Of a stretch of 64,000 nucleotides of DNA, positions 22,564 through 33,121 are shown in pieces. The stretch's first letter is position 1. Each line of letters starts with the position of its first letter. The notes under the pieces are model-generated. The model did no database searches. It had not been told where the DNA came from and saw only the letters and a list, made by a program, of their open reading frames with translations. Source of the DNA: an uncultured candidate division Zixibacteria bacterium (GTDB lineage: Bacteria; Zixibacteria; MSB-5A5; UBA10806); contig CAWFQL010000009.1 of assembly GCA_963817915.1 (NCBI GenBank), positions 128,001 through 192,000 of the forward strand, read 5' to 3'. The position numbers and the translations under genes are program-made.

Positions 22564-23280
22564 ATGATAAGGAGTAAAATGAGAAGATTATTTATCAGTG
22601 CCGGAATAGCATTAGCAATGATGGCTTCAAGCGCAATGGCGATTCCGGATTTACAAATCTTTGTAGCCGGAGCTACCTACGATAATCTTACAGGTTCCTG
22701 GATTACCAAATCCGACGGGTTTGATCTATATGTGGTTTCTGCCAAACAAATCCATGACAATGTCCAAATTCTAATGTCATTGGAAGGTAATAGCGCTCCC
22801 GATAATCTTAATATCGATTTCAATGGTACAACTATCGATTCGGACGACTGGTCATATGGTGTCGATCCTTTATACCACGGGCAATCTGATATAGATGAAG
22901 TTCGTGGCAGTATCACTCACCAGGACGGTCCTCCGGCATATTTCACCGAGATTAACACCGGCAATTACCGATTTGATCATATGGTCGGCGAGACAAGGCC
23001 GGATAATTTTGGACATTACTGGAATCCATCGAATGATGACGGATCGGCGTTCGCGTACGGCGATTTCAAGTCATTCCATATTAATACTCGCGGCTCAAAT
23101 TACCGCATAAAATTCGACGCCTTCGCGCGCGACTCCGAAAATCGGATTTACTGTTCGACACCGGATTCCTATGATGCCATAGCTTGTACCCCAACTCCTG
23201 AACCCGGTACGATCGCGCTTTTTGCATCCGGATTAATCGGATTAGGTCTTGGCGGTATTAAGAGAAGATTCAAAAAATAA
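22564..23280 (+). CDS. PEP-CTERM exosortase-target protein (choice-of-anchor N-like domain); start may be 22579
   Basis: Signal peptide ..SAMA-IPDLQIFVAGATYD; C-terminus TPEPGTIALFASGLIGLGLGGIKRRFKK. Confidence 0.9.
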   Translation: MIRSKMRRLFISAGIALAMMASSAMAIPDLQIFVAGATYDNLTGSWITKSDGFDLYVVSAKQIHDNVQILMSLEGNSAPDNLNIDFNGTTIDSDDWSYGVDPLYHGQSDIDEVRGSITHQDGPPAYFTEINTGNYRFDHMVGETRPDNFGHYWNPSNDDGSAFAYGDFKSFHINTRGSNYRIKFDAFARDSENRIYCSTPDSYDAIACTPTPEPGTIALFASGLIGLGLGGIKRRFKK

Positions 23281-23303
23281 TTGGCTAATTTATCCTTCCC
23301 CCC

Positions 23304-23330
23304 AGGCCGTTCATGTGAGCGGCCTTTTTT
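23304..23330 (+). terminator. intrinsic terminator
   Basis: AGGCCGTTCA-TG-TGAGCGGCCT followed by a T-run. Confidence 0.75.
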
Positions 23331-23358
23331 ATTTTTATTGATGTCTCAGGGAATTAGC

Positions 23359-23387
23359 TTGTCATCAAGACCAATGATTATTATAAT
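23359..23387 (+). promoter_or_regulatory. sigma70 promoter for tRNA-Ser
   Basis: TTGTCA-17nt-TATAAT. Confidence 0.65.
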
Positions 23388-23407
23388 TGCGCCTGAAATA
23401 GTATGTA

Positions 23408-23496
23408 GGAGAGGTGGCCGAGAGGCCGAAGGCAGCTGCCTGCTAAGCAGTTAGTCTCTTAACCGGGACTCCTGGGTTCGAATCCCAGCCTCTCCG
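23408..23496 (+). tRNA. tRNA-Ser(GCT), no encoded CCA
   Basis: GGAGAGG/CCTCTCC acceptor, anticodon loop CT-GCT-AA, long variable arm, GGTTCGAATCC. Confidence 0.96.
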
Positions 23497-23810
23497 GGAT
23501 ATTCCAATCTTGATGAAAATACTATAATGTCTTACCGCTAGCCTCATCCTGGCCCATCATTTATTTATATCTAATATTATTGTATTTCTCCTCAAACTCA
23601 TCCTAAAATATTAAAGTCTCAATTGCACTAACAAGTCGTTTGGCAATTTTATCTATTATTCAAATGTAGATAAAAAGTGAAACAATTTTGTGAATTTAAT
23701 GTAATTGATGGAGGAGAGTAATGAAAGATTGTGGCGTTGCCCGATCCGTCGTCAGGAACGGCGCCCCGTCGACACTGAAATAACGAAAGAAGAAAGCGAG
23801 GAAATAGAAA

Positions 23811-24458
23811 GTGATAAAGTTTGGAGAAACAGTAGAAGGTTATAAGATTCCTGTTCTGAATGAACGTGAAATAAGAGCAGCGGCCGGGATATTATTTTTA
23901 TTTATGTTCATATCCCTGATGATGATATTATTCAAATCAAATTTCCTGATGATAAAGTATGTTATTAACATATTTCTCGCTGATTTCATAATTCGAGTCT
24001 TTGTTAATCCGAAATATTCTCCCACGCTTATATTAGGACGTTGGATTGTCCGTAGGCAAACCCCCGAATATGTCGGCGCAGCGCAGAAACGATTTGCATG
24101 GATTATAGGCATAACTCTGGCCACGATCATGTTTGTTCTCATGGTGGTTGTAAATTCGTATAGTATTATCACGGGCCTTGTATGCCTGGTCTGCTTGATA
24201 TTCCTGTTTTTCGAATCGGCGTTTGGTATTTGTTTGGGATGCTTAATGTATGGATGGTTTCACAGAGAAAAGACGCAATATTGCCCCGGTGAAATATGCG
24301 ATGTCAAATCCAGACATGAAATCCAGAAAATATCGTTAGCGCAAATTGGTGTAATTATCGGATTCACTGCATTTATTTTATTCCTTGTATTTTCATTTAA
24401 CGACAATTTCAGTATAAAACCAACTGATTTATGGGTCCTGCTAAAGTCTGCAAGCTGA
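23811..24458 (+). CDS. DUF4395-like membrane protein
   Basis: NEREIRAAAG, QKRFAW, FESAFGICLGC. Confidence 0.75.
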   Translation: MIKFGETVEGYKIPVLNEREIRAAAGILFLFMFISLMMILFKSNFLMIKYVINIFLADFIIRVFVNPKYSPTLILGRWIVRRQTPEYVGAAQKRFAWIIGITLATIMFVLMVVVNSYSIITGLVCLVCLIFLFFESAFGICLGCLMYGWFHREKTQYCPGEICDVKSRHEIQKISLAQIGVIIGFTAFILFLVFSFNDNFSIKPTDLWVLLKSAS

Positions 24459-24481
24459 GTGAAATATTAAAGATATACACC

Positions 24482-24549
24482 GTGGTGGCAGGTCTCCGCA
24501 CCTGCCACGCTGCCCGAACTATCGTCGGGTACGGAGACCGGACGACACC
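24482..24549. repeat. REP-like inverted doublet
   Basis: GTGGCAGGT-CTCCGC-ACCTGCCAC followed by a divergent inverted copy GTCGGGTACGGAGACCGGACGACACC. Confidence 0.5.
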
Positions 24550-24600
24550 GGAAAAGTCCGCCAGTTGAGTGAAATATAAAATAAATATGAGGGGAGAAAA

Positions 24601-25308
24601 TTGATTTCGGACAGAAAAGCCGCGACAATAGCAGGATTGCTTTATATTTTTGCGACGGTTGCAGGCATAATAAGTGTTGTTTTTGGGCCTAATCTAGATG
24701 CTCCAGATTATCTGGCCAATCTTTCAACGAATGAAAACCAAGTGTTGATAAGAGCGCTGCTTGAGTTTACAATGGCTATCCTAATTGCTGGCATACCAGT
24801 TTTTATGTATCCAATCTTAAAAAAGTATAATGAAGCCTTAGCCATTGGGTACGTTATTTCCAGGACTATTGAGGTCGTAATCTTTACTGTTGGTGCAATC
24901 AGCCTACTAACACTATTGACATTAAGTCGGGAATTTGTAATAGCAGGAACTCCGGATGCTTCCTATTTTCAAACATTAGGCACTTTATTGCTGGCAGGAC
25001 GTGAATGGGGGGGAGGTGTGTTTTCAACTATCGTTTTTAGCCTAAGTGCTCTGATATTAAATTATCAATTATATCGATCAAAACTCATTCCTCGACGGTT
25101 ATCAGGGTGGGGTCTTATTGGAGCCACATTGTATTTAGGATCAGGCTTTTTACCTCTGTTCGGCCATGATTCACGCTCGACGATCTATCTCCTTATGGAA
25201 GCTCCATTGGCATTGCAAGAAATGGTTTTTGCGGTATGGCTGATCATTAAAGGATTTAATCAAACTGCAATCGCTTACTGGTCTGCCAAAACAAATAGTA
25301 GAGAGTAA
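24601..25308 (+). CDS. DUF4386-like membrane protein
   Basis: AAT.AGLLYI, MYPILKKYNEALA.GY..R.IE, LIPR.LS.WG, AVWLIIKGF. Confidence 0.75.
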   Translation: MISDRKAATIAGLLYIFATVAGIISVVFGPNLDAPDYLANLSTNENQVLIRALLEFTMAILIAGIPVFMYPILKKYNEALAIGYVISRTIEVVIFTVGAISLLTLLTLSREFVIAGTPDASYFQTLGTLLLAGREWGGGVFSTIVFSLSALILNYQLYRSKLIPRRLSGWGLIGATLYLGSGFLPLFGHDSRSTIYLLMEAPLALQEMVFAVWLIIKGFNQTAIAYWSAKTNSRE

Positions 25309-25312
25309 TACA

Positions 25313-26032
25313 ATGAATTCAAATAGCAAGACCGTTGATATGTCACTAAACAGAGCCGCAAGAGTCGCAGGCTTCATGTTCCTATTTAGTTTGATAGTCC
25401 CATTGCTTAATTGGATTTTTGTATCGTCCAAATTTATCGCCGCAGAAAATGCCATGGATACAGCCAAATACATTTTGGCTAATGAATTTCTATATCGTGT
25501 CGGCATTATCAATGATCTCATTGCGTCTTTTGTTGGAATAGTATTGGCGTTATCACTTTACATCATTTTAAAATCGGTAAACAAGAATCTTGCGTTGCTT
25601 GGGCTTTATTTGAAGTTAACTGAGGCCATCTTAATCGCAGTAATCGCGCTTGGCAATTTTGTCGCTCTGTTGCTTTTAAGCGGCCATGCCTCTTTAACTG
25701 CATCTGAATCCGGACAGATACAAGCTTTTGTTGGATTATTTTTCAACGCACGAATTTATTTATCGGCTGTTCCCATGGTATTTCTTGGGCTGAACTTTGT
25801 AGTATTTTTATATGTTTTGTTCAAGTCGAAATACGTTCCCTGGATATTACCGGGTTTTGGAATTCTTTCATATGCGCTCATTTTGATTTATGCCTTATTA
25901 ACAATTCTTTCACCACATTATTCTTCGATAATGATAATTCAAGTAATTTGTTGGGCTCCGAGCTGTCTTTTTGAATTGATAATAGGTATCTGGTTTTTAG
26001 CTAAAGGTCTAAATATCCGGCTGGGTAATTAG
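25313..26032 (+). CDS. DUF4386-like membrane protein (divergent paralog)
   Basis: AARVAG, ALSLYIILKSVNKNLALL, FKSKYVP.IL, FELIIGIWFLAKG. Confidence 0.75.
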   Translation: MNSNSKTVDMSLNRAARVAGFMFLFSLIVPLLNWIFVSSKFIAAENAMDTAKYILANEFLYRVGIINDLIASFVGIVLALSLYIILKSVNKNLALLGLYLKLTEAILIAVIALGNFVALLLLSGHASLTASESGQIQAFVGLFFNARIYLSAVPMVFLGLNFVVFLYVLFKSKYVPWILPGFGILSYALILIYALLTILSPHYSSIMIIQVICWAPSCLFELIIGIWFLAKGLNIRLGN

Positions 26033-26276
26033 CTTAGTCCTAAATGCACTGAGTCTGTAATGCATTTGAATCGTAACACAGTTTTCGAGCCTGACGCAGT
26101 CGAATCGTGGGGGGCAACTAATACAAATACTTTTGAATACGTAATTTACCTAAATCCGTTTTACCGTCTATTTCGATTATTAATATTGCGTTTAGCCCGA
26201 CGCTTGTCATAAAATAATTAATCTCGGTGAATGAATGCGCCGATCGATAATCTTATTAATTAAAAGGAGTAAATAA

Positions 26277-26496
26277 ATGGCAGAAATGAGTATTGGAATC
26301 TCAAGATAATTGCGGGAGGCACGGAATGAAAAGTAACGGCGTTTGCGGCGGATTTTATGGCTTGGTGTTCATAGGCACGGCGGCCTTCAACATTATTCAT
26401 GCAACTTCATTTTGGATAGGAGTTCTGGGTTTCCTGAAAGCCACTGTATGGCCGATATTTCTAATCTATAAAGTCATGGAGCTCCTGAATATGTAA
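26277..26496 (+). CDS. small hypothetical membrane protein (probable frameshift ~26293)
   Basis: AAAGGAG RBS before ATG 26277; body GGFYGL.FIG...FWIGVLGFLKA.VWP.FL. Confidence 0.6.
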
Positions 26497-26627
26497 AAGG
26501 TGATGCTATTGCATCATCTTGAACTTTATATTTGCGCAAATCCGGAGAGGTTCAAATAGGGCTTTGCGGGGAAAGAGGTATTAAAAGACCTTTACTTATG
26601 ATTATTTATATTCGATAATCTAATTGT

Positions 26628-27194
26628 ATGAAAAAATCTACGGCCAGAGAACGGGAACCGATAAAATATGTCGCCTTTTTGCGCGGCATCAATGTCGGCG
26701 GACATAAGTCCATTAAAATGGATCAGCTTCAGAAATCATTCGAAGCGCTTGGATTCCAAAATGTCAAAACAGTATTAGCCAGCGGCAATGTGCTTTTTGA
26801 GGCTCAATCCGCCAAACCTCGTCTTTTGACAAAATCAATCGAAAAGGAGTTGGCCAGCGTCTTCGGTTTCGAAATCGGTATTATTCTCAGGACAATTCAG
26901 GATATACAAGGCTTGGCAGATAATAATCCATTCAAGAATTTTGCCATCAAGCCTGAGACATTATTATATGTCACGTTTCTTTCCGAGAAGCCGACCGGCA
27001 TTTTATCGCTTCCATATGAATCCCCGGACAAGACCATCAGGATCTTCGAGAGTTCCTCAAATGAAATATTCAGTTTTCTGCATAAATCGCAGAAATCAGG
27101 ATCTACCGAACTAATGAAAATACTCGAAAAGGAATTCGGTCGAAATATCACTACCAGAAATTGGAACACGGTAGAAAAAATTTTGGAGAAATAG
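26628..27194 (+). CDS. DUF1697-family protein
   Basis: YVAFLRGINVGG..IKM..L, TVLASGNVLF, TTRNWNTV. Confidence 0.9.
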   Translation: MKKSTAREREPIKYVAFLRGINVGGHKSIKMDQLQKSFEALGFQNVKTVLASGNVLFEAQSAKPRLLTKSIEKELASVFGFEIGIILRTIQDIQGLADNNPFKNFAIKPETLLYVTFLSEKPTGILSLPYESPDKTIRIFESSSNEIFSFLHKSQKSGSTELMKILEKEFGRNITTRNWNTVEKILEK

Positions 27195-27204
27195 TGGCAG
27201 TTTC

Positions 27205-27865
27205 ATGAAAGCCCTTATAGTCCTGCCCGCGTATAATTCATCAAAACATCTCGCATCGATAATTTCCGAATGCAGGCAGAATTTGGCCGATATCCTTGTA
27301 GTCGATGACGGCTCTACCGATGATACCGCGACGATTGCCAGCTTCGAACGGCGCGCTGGTAATCAGTCATAATTCCAATAAGGGTAAAGGGGCCGCCCTC
27401 AGGACAGGACTGGAATATGCATTGCAAAAAGAATTTGAATACGTGATCACGATCGATACCGATGGACAGCATAATCCCAAATTCATACCCGATTTTATTG
27501 CCGCATTTCAAAATTCCGGAGCCGATCTGATAATCGGTTCCAGGCGAAAAAACAAAATGGATATGCCATGGGATCGCCGCTGTTCCAATTGGATGACATC
27601 GGGAATATTATCACTTTTGCTCAGAAGAAAGATCGATGATTCCCAATGCGGATATCGTCTGTTATCCCGAAAGCTATTGGAATCAATAAAAATCGAATCG
27701 GAGAGATTTGAAGTCGAAACCGAAATTATTATAAAGGCAGACCAAAATGGATTCGATATAAAATTTATTCCGATTGAGGTAAATTACGGAGTGAAATTCC
27801 CCACCAATATTAAACGGATTGAAGACACTTTCCGCTGGTGCCGACGAGTCCTGGAACTGATTTAA
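27205..27865 (+). CDS. GT2 glycosyltransferase, polyprenol-phosphate mannosyltransferase-like (frameshift ~27340)
   Basis: ATG 27205: IVLPAYN..ILVVDDGSTDDT, then NKGKGAAL, DTDGQH, DSQCGYRL in the next frame. Confidence 0.88.
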
Positions 27866-27912
27866 AATTTAAACTTGCTTCCAATAGCGATATAATTATA
27901 AGATAGAACTAT

Positions 27913-28671
27913 ATGAATATTCTCCTCACTAATGACGATGGCTACCTGGCCGATGGCATAAAGGCGCTCGCCAAGAGCCTAAAAAAGCTCGGGAGAGTCA
28001 TAATTGTCGCCCCGCAATGGGAGCAATCCGGGACAAGTCATTCCCTGACACTTTATAAGCCATTGCGGACAAGAAAAATCGCCAAGGATATTTACGCTGT
28101 CTCCGGCACTCCGACCGATGCTGTAATGATTGCCGTTTACTGTATTTTGGGAAAGAAGCCCGACATCCTTGTTTCGGGCATAAACCATGGCCCGAATATG
28201 GGAGACGATGTCACCTACTCCGGAACTGTAGCCGCCGCCATGGAAGGGACAATACTCGATATTCCCTCGATAGCGGTTTCGCTGGCTTCCCGCAATGGCA
28301 ATGGTTCGACTGCAAAAAAGAGATTTGATAAAGCGGCGTTATTCACATCGAGATTAGTGAAATCAGCGATGCTAAATACAATTCCGAAGGGAGTCTTGCT
28401 CAATGTTAATATTCCAGAGGGGGATAAAGTAAATTATCGTGAATGCCGCATAACTCGTTTAGGCAAAAGGGAATACCGTGATGTAATTACCGAGAAAATC
28501 GATCCGAGAGGGGAACCTTATTTTTGGATTGCGGGACATTATATTATTACGGATAAGGGCCCCGATACCGATTACGGTGCAATACAAAAGAACAAAATCT
28601 CGGTTACGCCTTTGAACATAGATTTAACTGATCGCAACTTTTTTGATAACCTAAAAAAATGGAAAATATAA
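27913..28671 (+). CDS. surE: 5'/3'-nucleotidase SurE
   Basis: ILLTNDDG, SGTPTD, SGINHGPNMGDDVTYSGTVAAA. Confidence 0.97.
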   Translation: MNILLTNDDGYLADGIKALAKSLKKLGRVIIVAPQWEQSGTSHSLTLYKPLRTRKIAKDIYAVSGTPTDAVMIAVYCILGKKPDILVSGINHGPNMGDDVTYSGTVAAAMEGTILDIPSIAVSLASRNGNGSTAKKRFDKAALFTSRLVKSAMLNTIPKGVLLNVNIPEGDKVNYRECRITRLGKREYRDVITEKIDPRGEPYFWIAGHYIITDKGPDTDYGAIQKNKISVTPLNIDLTDRNFFDNLKKWKI

Positions 28672-28769
28672 TTTAAAAATCATCTTAAAATATGTCCACT
28701 ATTAGCCAAAAAAAAGAAACATTCATTGGCTAACCTTCGTAATTACAATAAGATGATGGAGGTATCCAA

Positions 28770-30221
28770 ATGTATCGAAAAGTAATTCTAATCGTTTTTA
28801 TCGCCGTAGTAGCGGCATTCGCTATCAATGGCCTTATCGATAGAAAAACAGTAACCACTTCATCTGAAAAAGCATATCAAGCATATCTAAAAGGACAAGA
28901 TTTCGCGTCTCGTCTCTATCACAAAGAAGCAGTGCAGGAATACGAGAAGGCCGTAAAGATAGATACGAATTTCGCCATGGCTTGGGCCAGGGTTGCCGTC
29001 TATTATAAGGACGCGGACAAAAAAGAACTATATCAAAAAGCCCGAAGCCGGGCTTTATCGCTAATTCCGAACGTCAAGGATAGCGAAAAATTAATGATCA
29101 ATTTTTTAATATCTCGATCGGATGGCAATTTCAACGATGCCAATAAATATTCAGCGGAGCTGGTAGAAAAATATGGCAATAGCTTTAATGCTCTTGAAAT
29201 TGCGGCTGGTCAGGCTTTAGAACGACGCGAATATGATAAATGTATCGGTGTAGTGGATAAAATGCTCAAAATTAATCCCGATTACGCGCTGGGATATAAC
29301 TGGCTGGGTTATTCATACTACTACAAAGGCGAATATGATAAGTCTTTGGAAAATTTAGATAAATATTCCCAATTAGCGCCTGATCAGGCCAACCCGCGCG
29401 ACTCGTACGGCGAAATACTACTCAATTTAGGCCGTTACGATGAAGCCTTAACGCAATTTCGCAAGGCAGATAGTATCAAGGCGGGGCTTGATTTTGTCAT
29501 GATGCACCTCGCTCAAACATACTACGCCAAAGGAATGTACCGCGATGCTTTAGGGGCGTATATGAAGGCCAAAGAATATACTATGAATTCTATGACGAGA
29601 TATGGTATGGATATCAGTATAGCTTTTTGCTATAAGAAACTTGGTCAAATGAATAAAACCATAGATCTGATGAATGAAGTTATTTCTCGCGAGCCACAGT
29701 TCGCCGATGCGCATGCAGTATTAGGTTATTGTGCTGCGTTGACGGACAATATTGCAGAAGCGGAAAATCAGCTTCGAATTGCCAAGTCAATCGTGGATAC
29801 GATGAAAGCTGATAATCCAGAAGCGAAATCCAATAGGCTGACAGTTGTCAATTTTGTGCAGGGGGCAATCGATATGGCGAAGGGCGATTATAAAAGCTCA
29901 ATCGCGAATTATCAGACTTTCTTGAATTCGTCACAATATCCGGTAAAGCTCAATTATCTTGAGTTTATTTTTGAAGTCTATAGCCGGGCCAAGATGCCCG
30001 ACAGCATCATAAGCCTGACTGCAGAAGCATTTAAATATAATCCCAATTGCGCCGAATGCTACTTGGCGTTAGCTGACGCTTATTCGATGAAAGGGCAGAA
30101 GGTAGATCAGAAAAATGCACTTCAAAAAGCCCTTAATATATTGAAGGATGCTGACGATGGAGTCCCATATATTGAAAAGGCAAAGATGGAATTGGCTTTT
30201 TTGACCTCAAACAAATTATAA
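28770..30221 (+). CDS. membrane-anchored TPR-repeat protein
   Basis: N-terminal TM, TTSSEKAYQAYLKG, multiple TPR units. Confidence 0.85.
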   Translation: MYRKVILIVFIAVVAAFAINGLIDRKTVTTSSEKAYQAYLKGQDFASRLYHKEAVQEYEKAVKIDTNFAMAWARVAVYYKDADKKELYQKARSRALSLIPNVKDSEKLMINFLISRSDGNFNDANKYSAELVEKYGNSFNALEIAAGQALERREYDKCIGVVDKMLKINPDYALGYNWLGYSYYYKGEYDKSLENLDKYSQLAPDQANPRDSYGEILLNLGRYDEALTQFRKADSIKAGLDFVMMHLAQTYYAKGMYRDALGAYMKAKEYTMNSMTRYGMDISIAFCYKKLGQMNKTIDLMNEVISREPQFADAHAVLGYCAALTDNIAEAENQLRIAKSIVDTMKADNPEAKSNRLTVVNFVQGAIDMAKGDYKSSIANYQTFLNSSQYPVKLNYLEFIFEVYSRAKMPDSIISLTAEAFKYNPNCAECYLALADAYSMKGQKVDQKNALQKALNILKDADDGVPYIEKAKMELAFLTSNKL

Positions 30222-30448
30222 TTTTCTGGCCGTTTTTTATAAAATTTATATTGCTCGAATTAATTATTTACAATATAATCATCAAGTAATGTCATTCGTT
30301 GCTTAATGGCAGACGATTATGATAATGTTTCCACCGATGGCCAATTTAAATATTGATAGCTGACGCCAAGAAAATTGAAAACATTCTGCGACCGCCAAAA
30401 ATGCGTAATAGGAATTTCTATTCCAATAATAATCTAAATATTAATTAA

Positions 30449-31981
30449 ATGAGAAATATTTTACTCAAGCAGACGACACAGCAAGCCGCCATTATTATTA
30501 TTTTCTTCAATGCTATTTCGCTACTCCTTGGCATATTGAGGGAATCAATAATGGCTCGTTATTTTGGGACTTCTGCTGAATACGATATTTTATTGGTCGC
30601 AATATCCATTCCTAATTTGATAAGCGGTATTCTCTTTTTTGCGCTGCCTTCCGCAAGTATACCTTATTTCCAAAAAGTTGGTGGAAATCCTTTCTTCAAG
30701 AAAGGTGCATTTGCATCTACATTTATAGGCCTAAACAGCATAATGATAATAGTTCTGACGATAACTATTTTTGTATTTTTGCCGATTTTCCGCCCGATAT
30801 TGTCGAAGGGTTTGGCTGCCGATAAGGTTGATTTGGTAATAACCTATGGCAGGATATTGTGTCTCTTAATTCCGTTTAGAGCGTACGAAGCTCTCTTGGG
30901 GAGTTTATTGAATGCCAAACACCGATTTGTTTCAACTTCCGCCGCTTCCCTTTTTCTTAATCTGGCGGTTATCGCAATTATAATTTCTTTTTTCCCTTCA
31001 TTGGGCTCCAAATCATATATTATTGCTTGGCTGTCCGGCGCGTTCCTAGCGGCAGTGTCTCTGATCATACCGGCATATTTTGTTAAACAAGATGAAGGAA
31101 ATACTGATGACGAATTTGATAAATTCGGCTATATGAAAATTCTAGGCACTATTATCGTTATTGATGGACTTGGACTTATAATTGATCCGTTCGACAGGTA
31201 TTTGGGTAGCATATTTCTCGCGCCCGGATACGTATCAGCCGTTAATTATGCGAATGTTATCGCTGGTGTACCAATCAGGATATTAATGTTTTCGCTGGGA
31301 ACAGCCATTTTCCCTTCGCTGACCGAAAAAGTCGCTGCGCAGGATACAAATGATATATCTCGAATTTATCATAAAGCGATTGGCGTTTGTGTCTTCGTGA
31401 CTCTTCCTATGACCACATTTTTCCTATTTTACGCAAATGAGATTGTAAGAATATTATTTGAACACGGTAAATTTATTGATAATTCGAGATTAATGACGGT
31501 AAATATTTTAAGCATTTATCTTCTCGGTTCATTTTTTATGGCAGCATTCTATATTCAACTAAAGATGTTCTATGCTATGCGAACATGGAAACCCGTCATT
31601 ATTGTTAAAATATTTTCCCTAACCGTCAAATGTCTTATAGGAATATTGCTCATTAATTCATATTGGTCGTTTGCGATTGCGGGTGGTACAATTATATCGA
31701 TGGCCATATCTTTCTTGTTTCTTGAGTTTTATCTTATTCGAAGTTTACATATTCATTATTCCAAGTCGGATCGCCAATTAATATCAAAGGCTACATATTC
31801 GGCGCTTGTACTTATTCTCTGCATTGTGATGTTTCATTTTCTTTTCTCATTTCTGAAGAACGAAAATATTATCATTGAAATGGCAGTTAACACCATACTT
31901 TGTTTCGGTATTTTAGTTCTATTGGATAAAAAGTATTCAATTAGCGGATTGAAATATTCAATTAATCAAAATAATAAATAA
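30449..31981 (+). CDS. MurJ/MviN-like (MOP) flippase
   Basis: LLGILRE...YFGTS..YD..., GYVSAVNYA, TAIFPSL, LFEHGKF; polytopic membrane protein. Confidence 0.8.
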   Translation: MRNILLKQTTQQAAIIIIFFNAISLLLGILRESIMARYFGTSAEYDILLVAISIPNLISGILFFALPSASIPYFQKVGGNPFFKKGAFASTFIGLNSIMIIVLTITIFVFLPIFRPILSKGLAADKVDLVITYGRILCLLIPFRAYEALLGSLLNAKHRFVSTSAASLFLNLAVIAIIISFFPSLGSKSYIIAWLSGAFLAAVSLIIPAYFVKQDEGNTDDEFDKFGYMKILGTIIVIDGLGLIIDPFDRYLGSIFLAPGYVSAVNYANVIAGVPIRILMFSLGTAIFPSLTEKVAAQDTNDISRIYHKAIGVCVFVTLPMTTFFLFYANEIVRILFEHGKFIDNSRLMTVNILSIYLLGSFFMAAFYIQLKMFYAMRTWKPVIIVKIFSLTVKCLIGILLINSYWSFAIAGGTIISMAISFLFLEFYLIRSLHIHYSKSDRQLISKATYSALVLILCIVMFHFLFSFLKNENIIIEMAVNTILCFGILVLLDKKYSISGLKYSINQNNK

Positions 31982-32085
31982 GTATTAATTGAATAATAAC
32001 CAAAATATTTGGGAAATACTTAAAAGGATGAAAAATGGACGCCGGAAATGCTGGGATAATTATATGATTTTAAATAGACTAAATA

Positions 32086-33027
32086 GTGCTTATTTTTATA
32101 AATTGTGGCAATTTGATGTCTGAAACCGTGTTTAAAATAATCGGGAGGTTTAATAATGTGCTGCAGTGGGCGCACGGGAAAATCTTCGTAAAATTCTCAA
32201 AAAAGCGGCAATTGGCCGGTGAAGGGCATTTTGATAAAACCGGCATGCAAGCCAAAAGCGGCGAGCGGCTGCCTATATTTTATGAAGACGAAGAGATCTT
32301 ATTTCCACTTTATCGAATGCTTCCTCATTCATTGGCTAGGGCGCAGGAATTTACATTATTTAAATTAAATCGCCACCGAATCAAAAGGCCTATGGCGGAT
32401 TTCGGATGTGGAGATGGGTCTTTTGCCTCGGTACTATTTGAAGACATTGAATTTGGAATAGATAATGATCCGGAGGCTCTCGCAATTGCCAGAAAGGGTA
32501 ATGCATATAAAAGACTAATATTGTCAAATAGTGAAGGCATCCCTTTAGCCGATAATTCCGTTAAAACCGTCATTTCTAATTCAGTACTGGAGCATGTCGA
32601 TGAACTCGAATTGTTTTTGCGGGAAATCAATAGAATCTTGAATCCAGACGGGTTACTTATATTTTCAGTTCCGCTTATCCAATACAGAGAGCATTTGGCA
32701 AAATATTTTGGGCGGAAAACCAGTGAGAGACTCAACAAGGAAGCTTATCATAGAAATCTTTTTTCATCAGAGGAATGGACTGATATTTTGAAACTGACTG
32801 GATTCGAGCTCGTTTCGCAGACTCGTTATCAGCCTGACTGGTTCGTTTTCTGGTATCAAATATTGAGGTTGACCGGGAAGACCGGATTTGGATTGGTGAT
32901 ACCAAGTCTTCCGGACATGGTTAAAAAGCGATACAAAGCTAAAATGATTGAGGCGATAAAAAAATCAATCAAATGCGGGGACAAAGGAGGAAGCGCATTT
33001 TTTATCGCAGAAAAGATAAAAAAATAA
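32086..33027 (+). CDS. class I SAM-dependent methyltransferase (start may be 32116)
   Basis: DFGCGDG, SNSVLEHV, LNPDGLLIFSVP. Confidence 0.88.
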   Translation: MLIFINCGNLMSETVFKIIGRFNNVLQWAHGKIFVKFSKKRQLAGEGHFDKTGMQAKSGERLPIFYEDEEILFPLYRMLPHSLARAQEFTLFKLNRHRIKRPMADFGCGDGSFASVLFEDIEFGIDNDPEALAIARKGNAYKRLILSNSEGIPLADNSVKTVISNSVLEHVDELELFLREINRILNPDGLLIFSVPLIQYREHLAKYFGRKTSERLNKEAYHRNLFSSEEWTDILKLTGFELVSQTRYQPDWFVFWYQILRLTGKTGFGLVIPSLPDMVKKRYKAKMIEAIKKSIKCGDKGGSAFFIAEKIKK

Positions 33028-33121
33028 TGACACTTTATATAGATATCATCAAAAGATTTTTATGAATACTAAGCATTATTAAACGATTCCCGTAAAGGCA
33101 ATGAATTTTAAGAGATAAACA

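Noticed and set aside
23731..23775. GC-rich patch upstream of the DUF4395-like gene
   Set aside because: Only weak, imperfect pairing. It may be a decayed REP, but the evidence does not support a call.
26069..26125. attC-like left half (CGTAACACAGTTTTCGAGCCTGACGC) after the DUF4386 pair
   Set aside because: No complementary right half was found.
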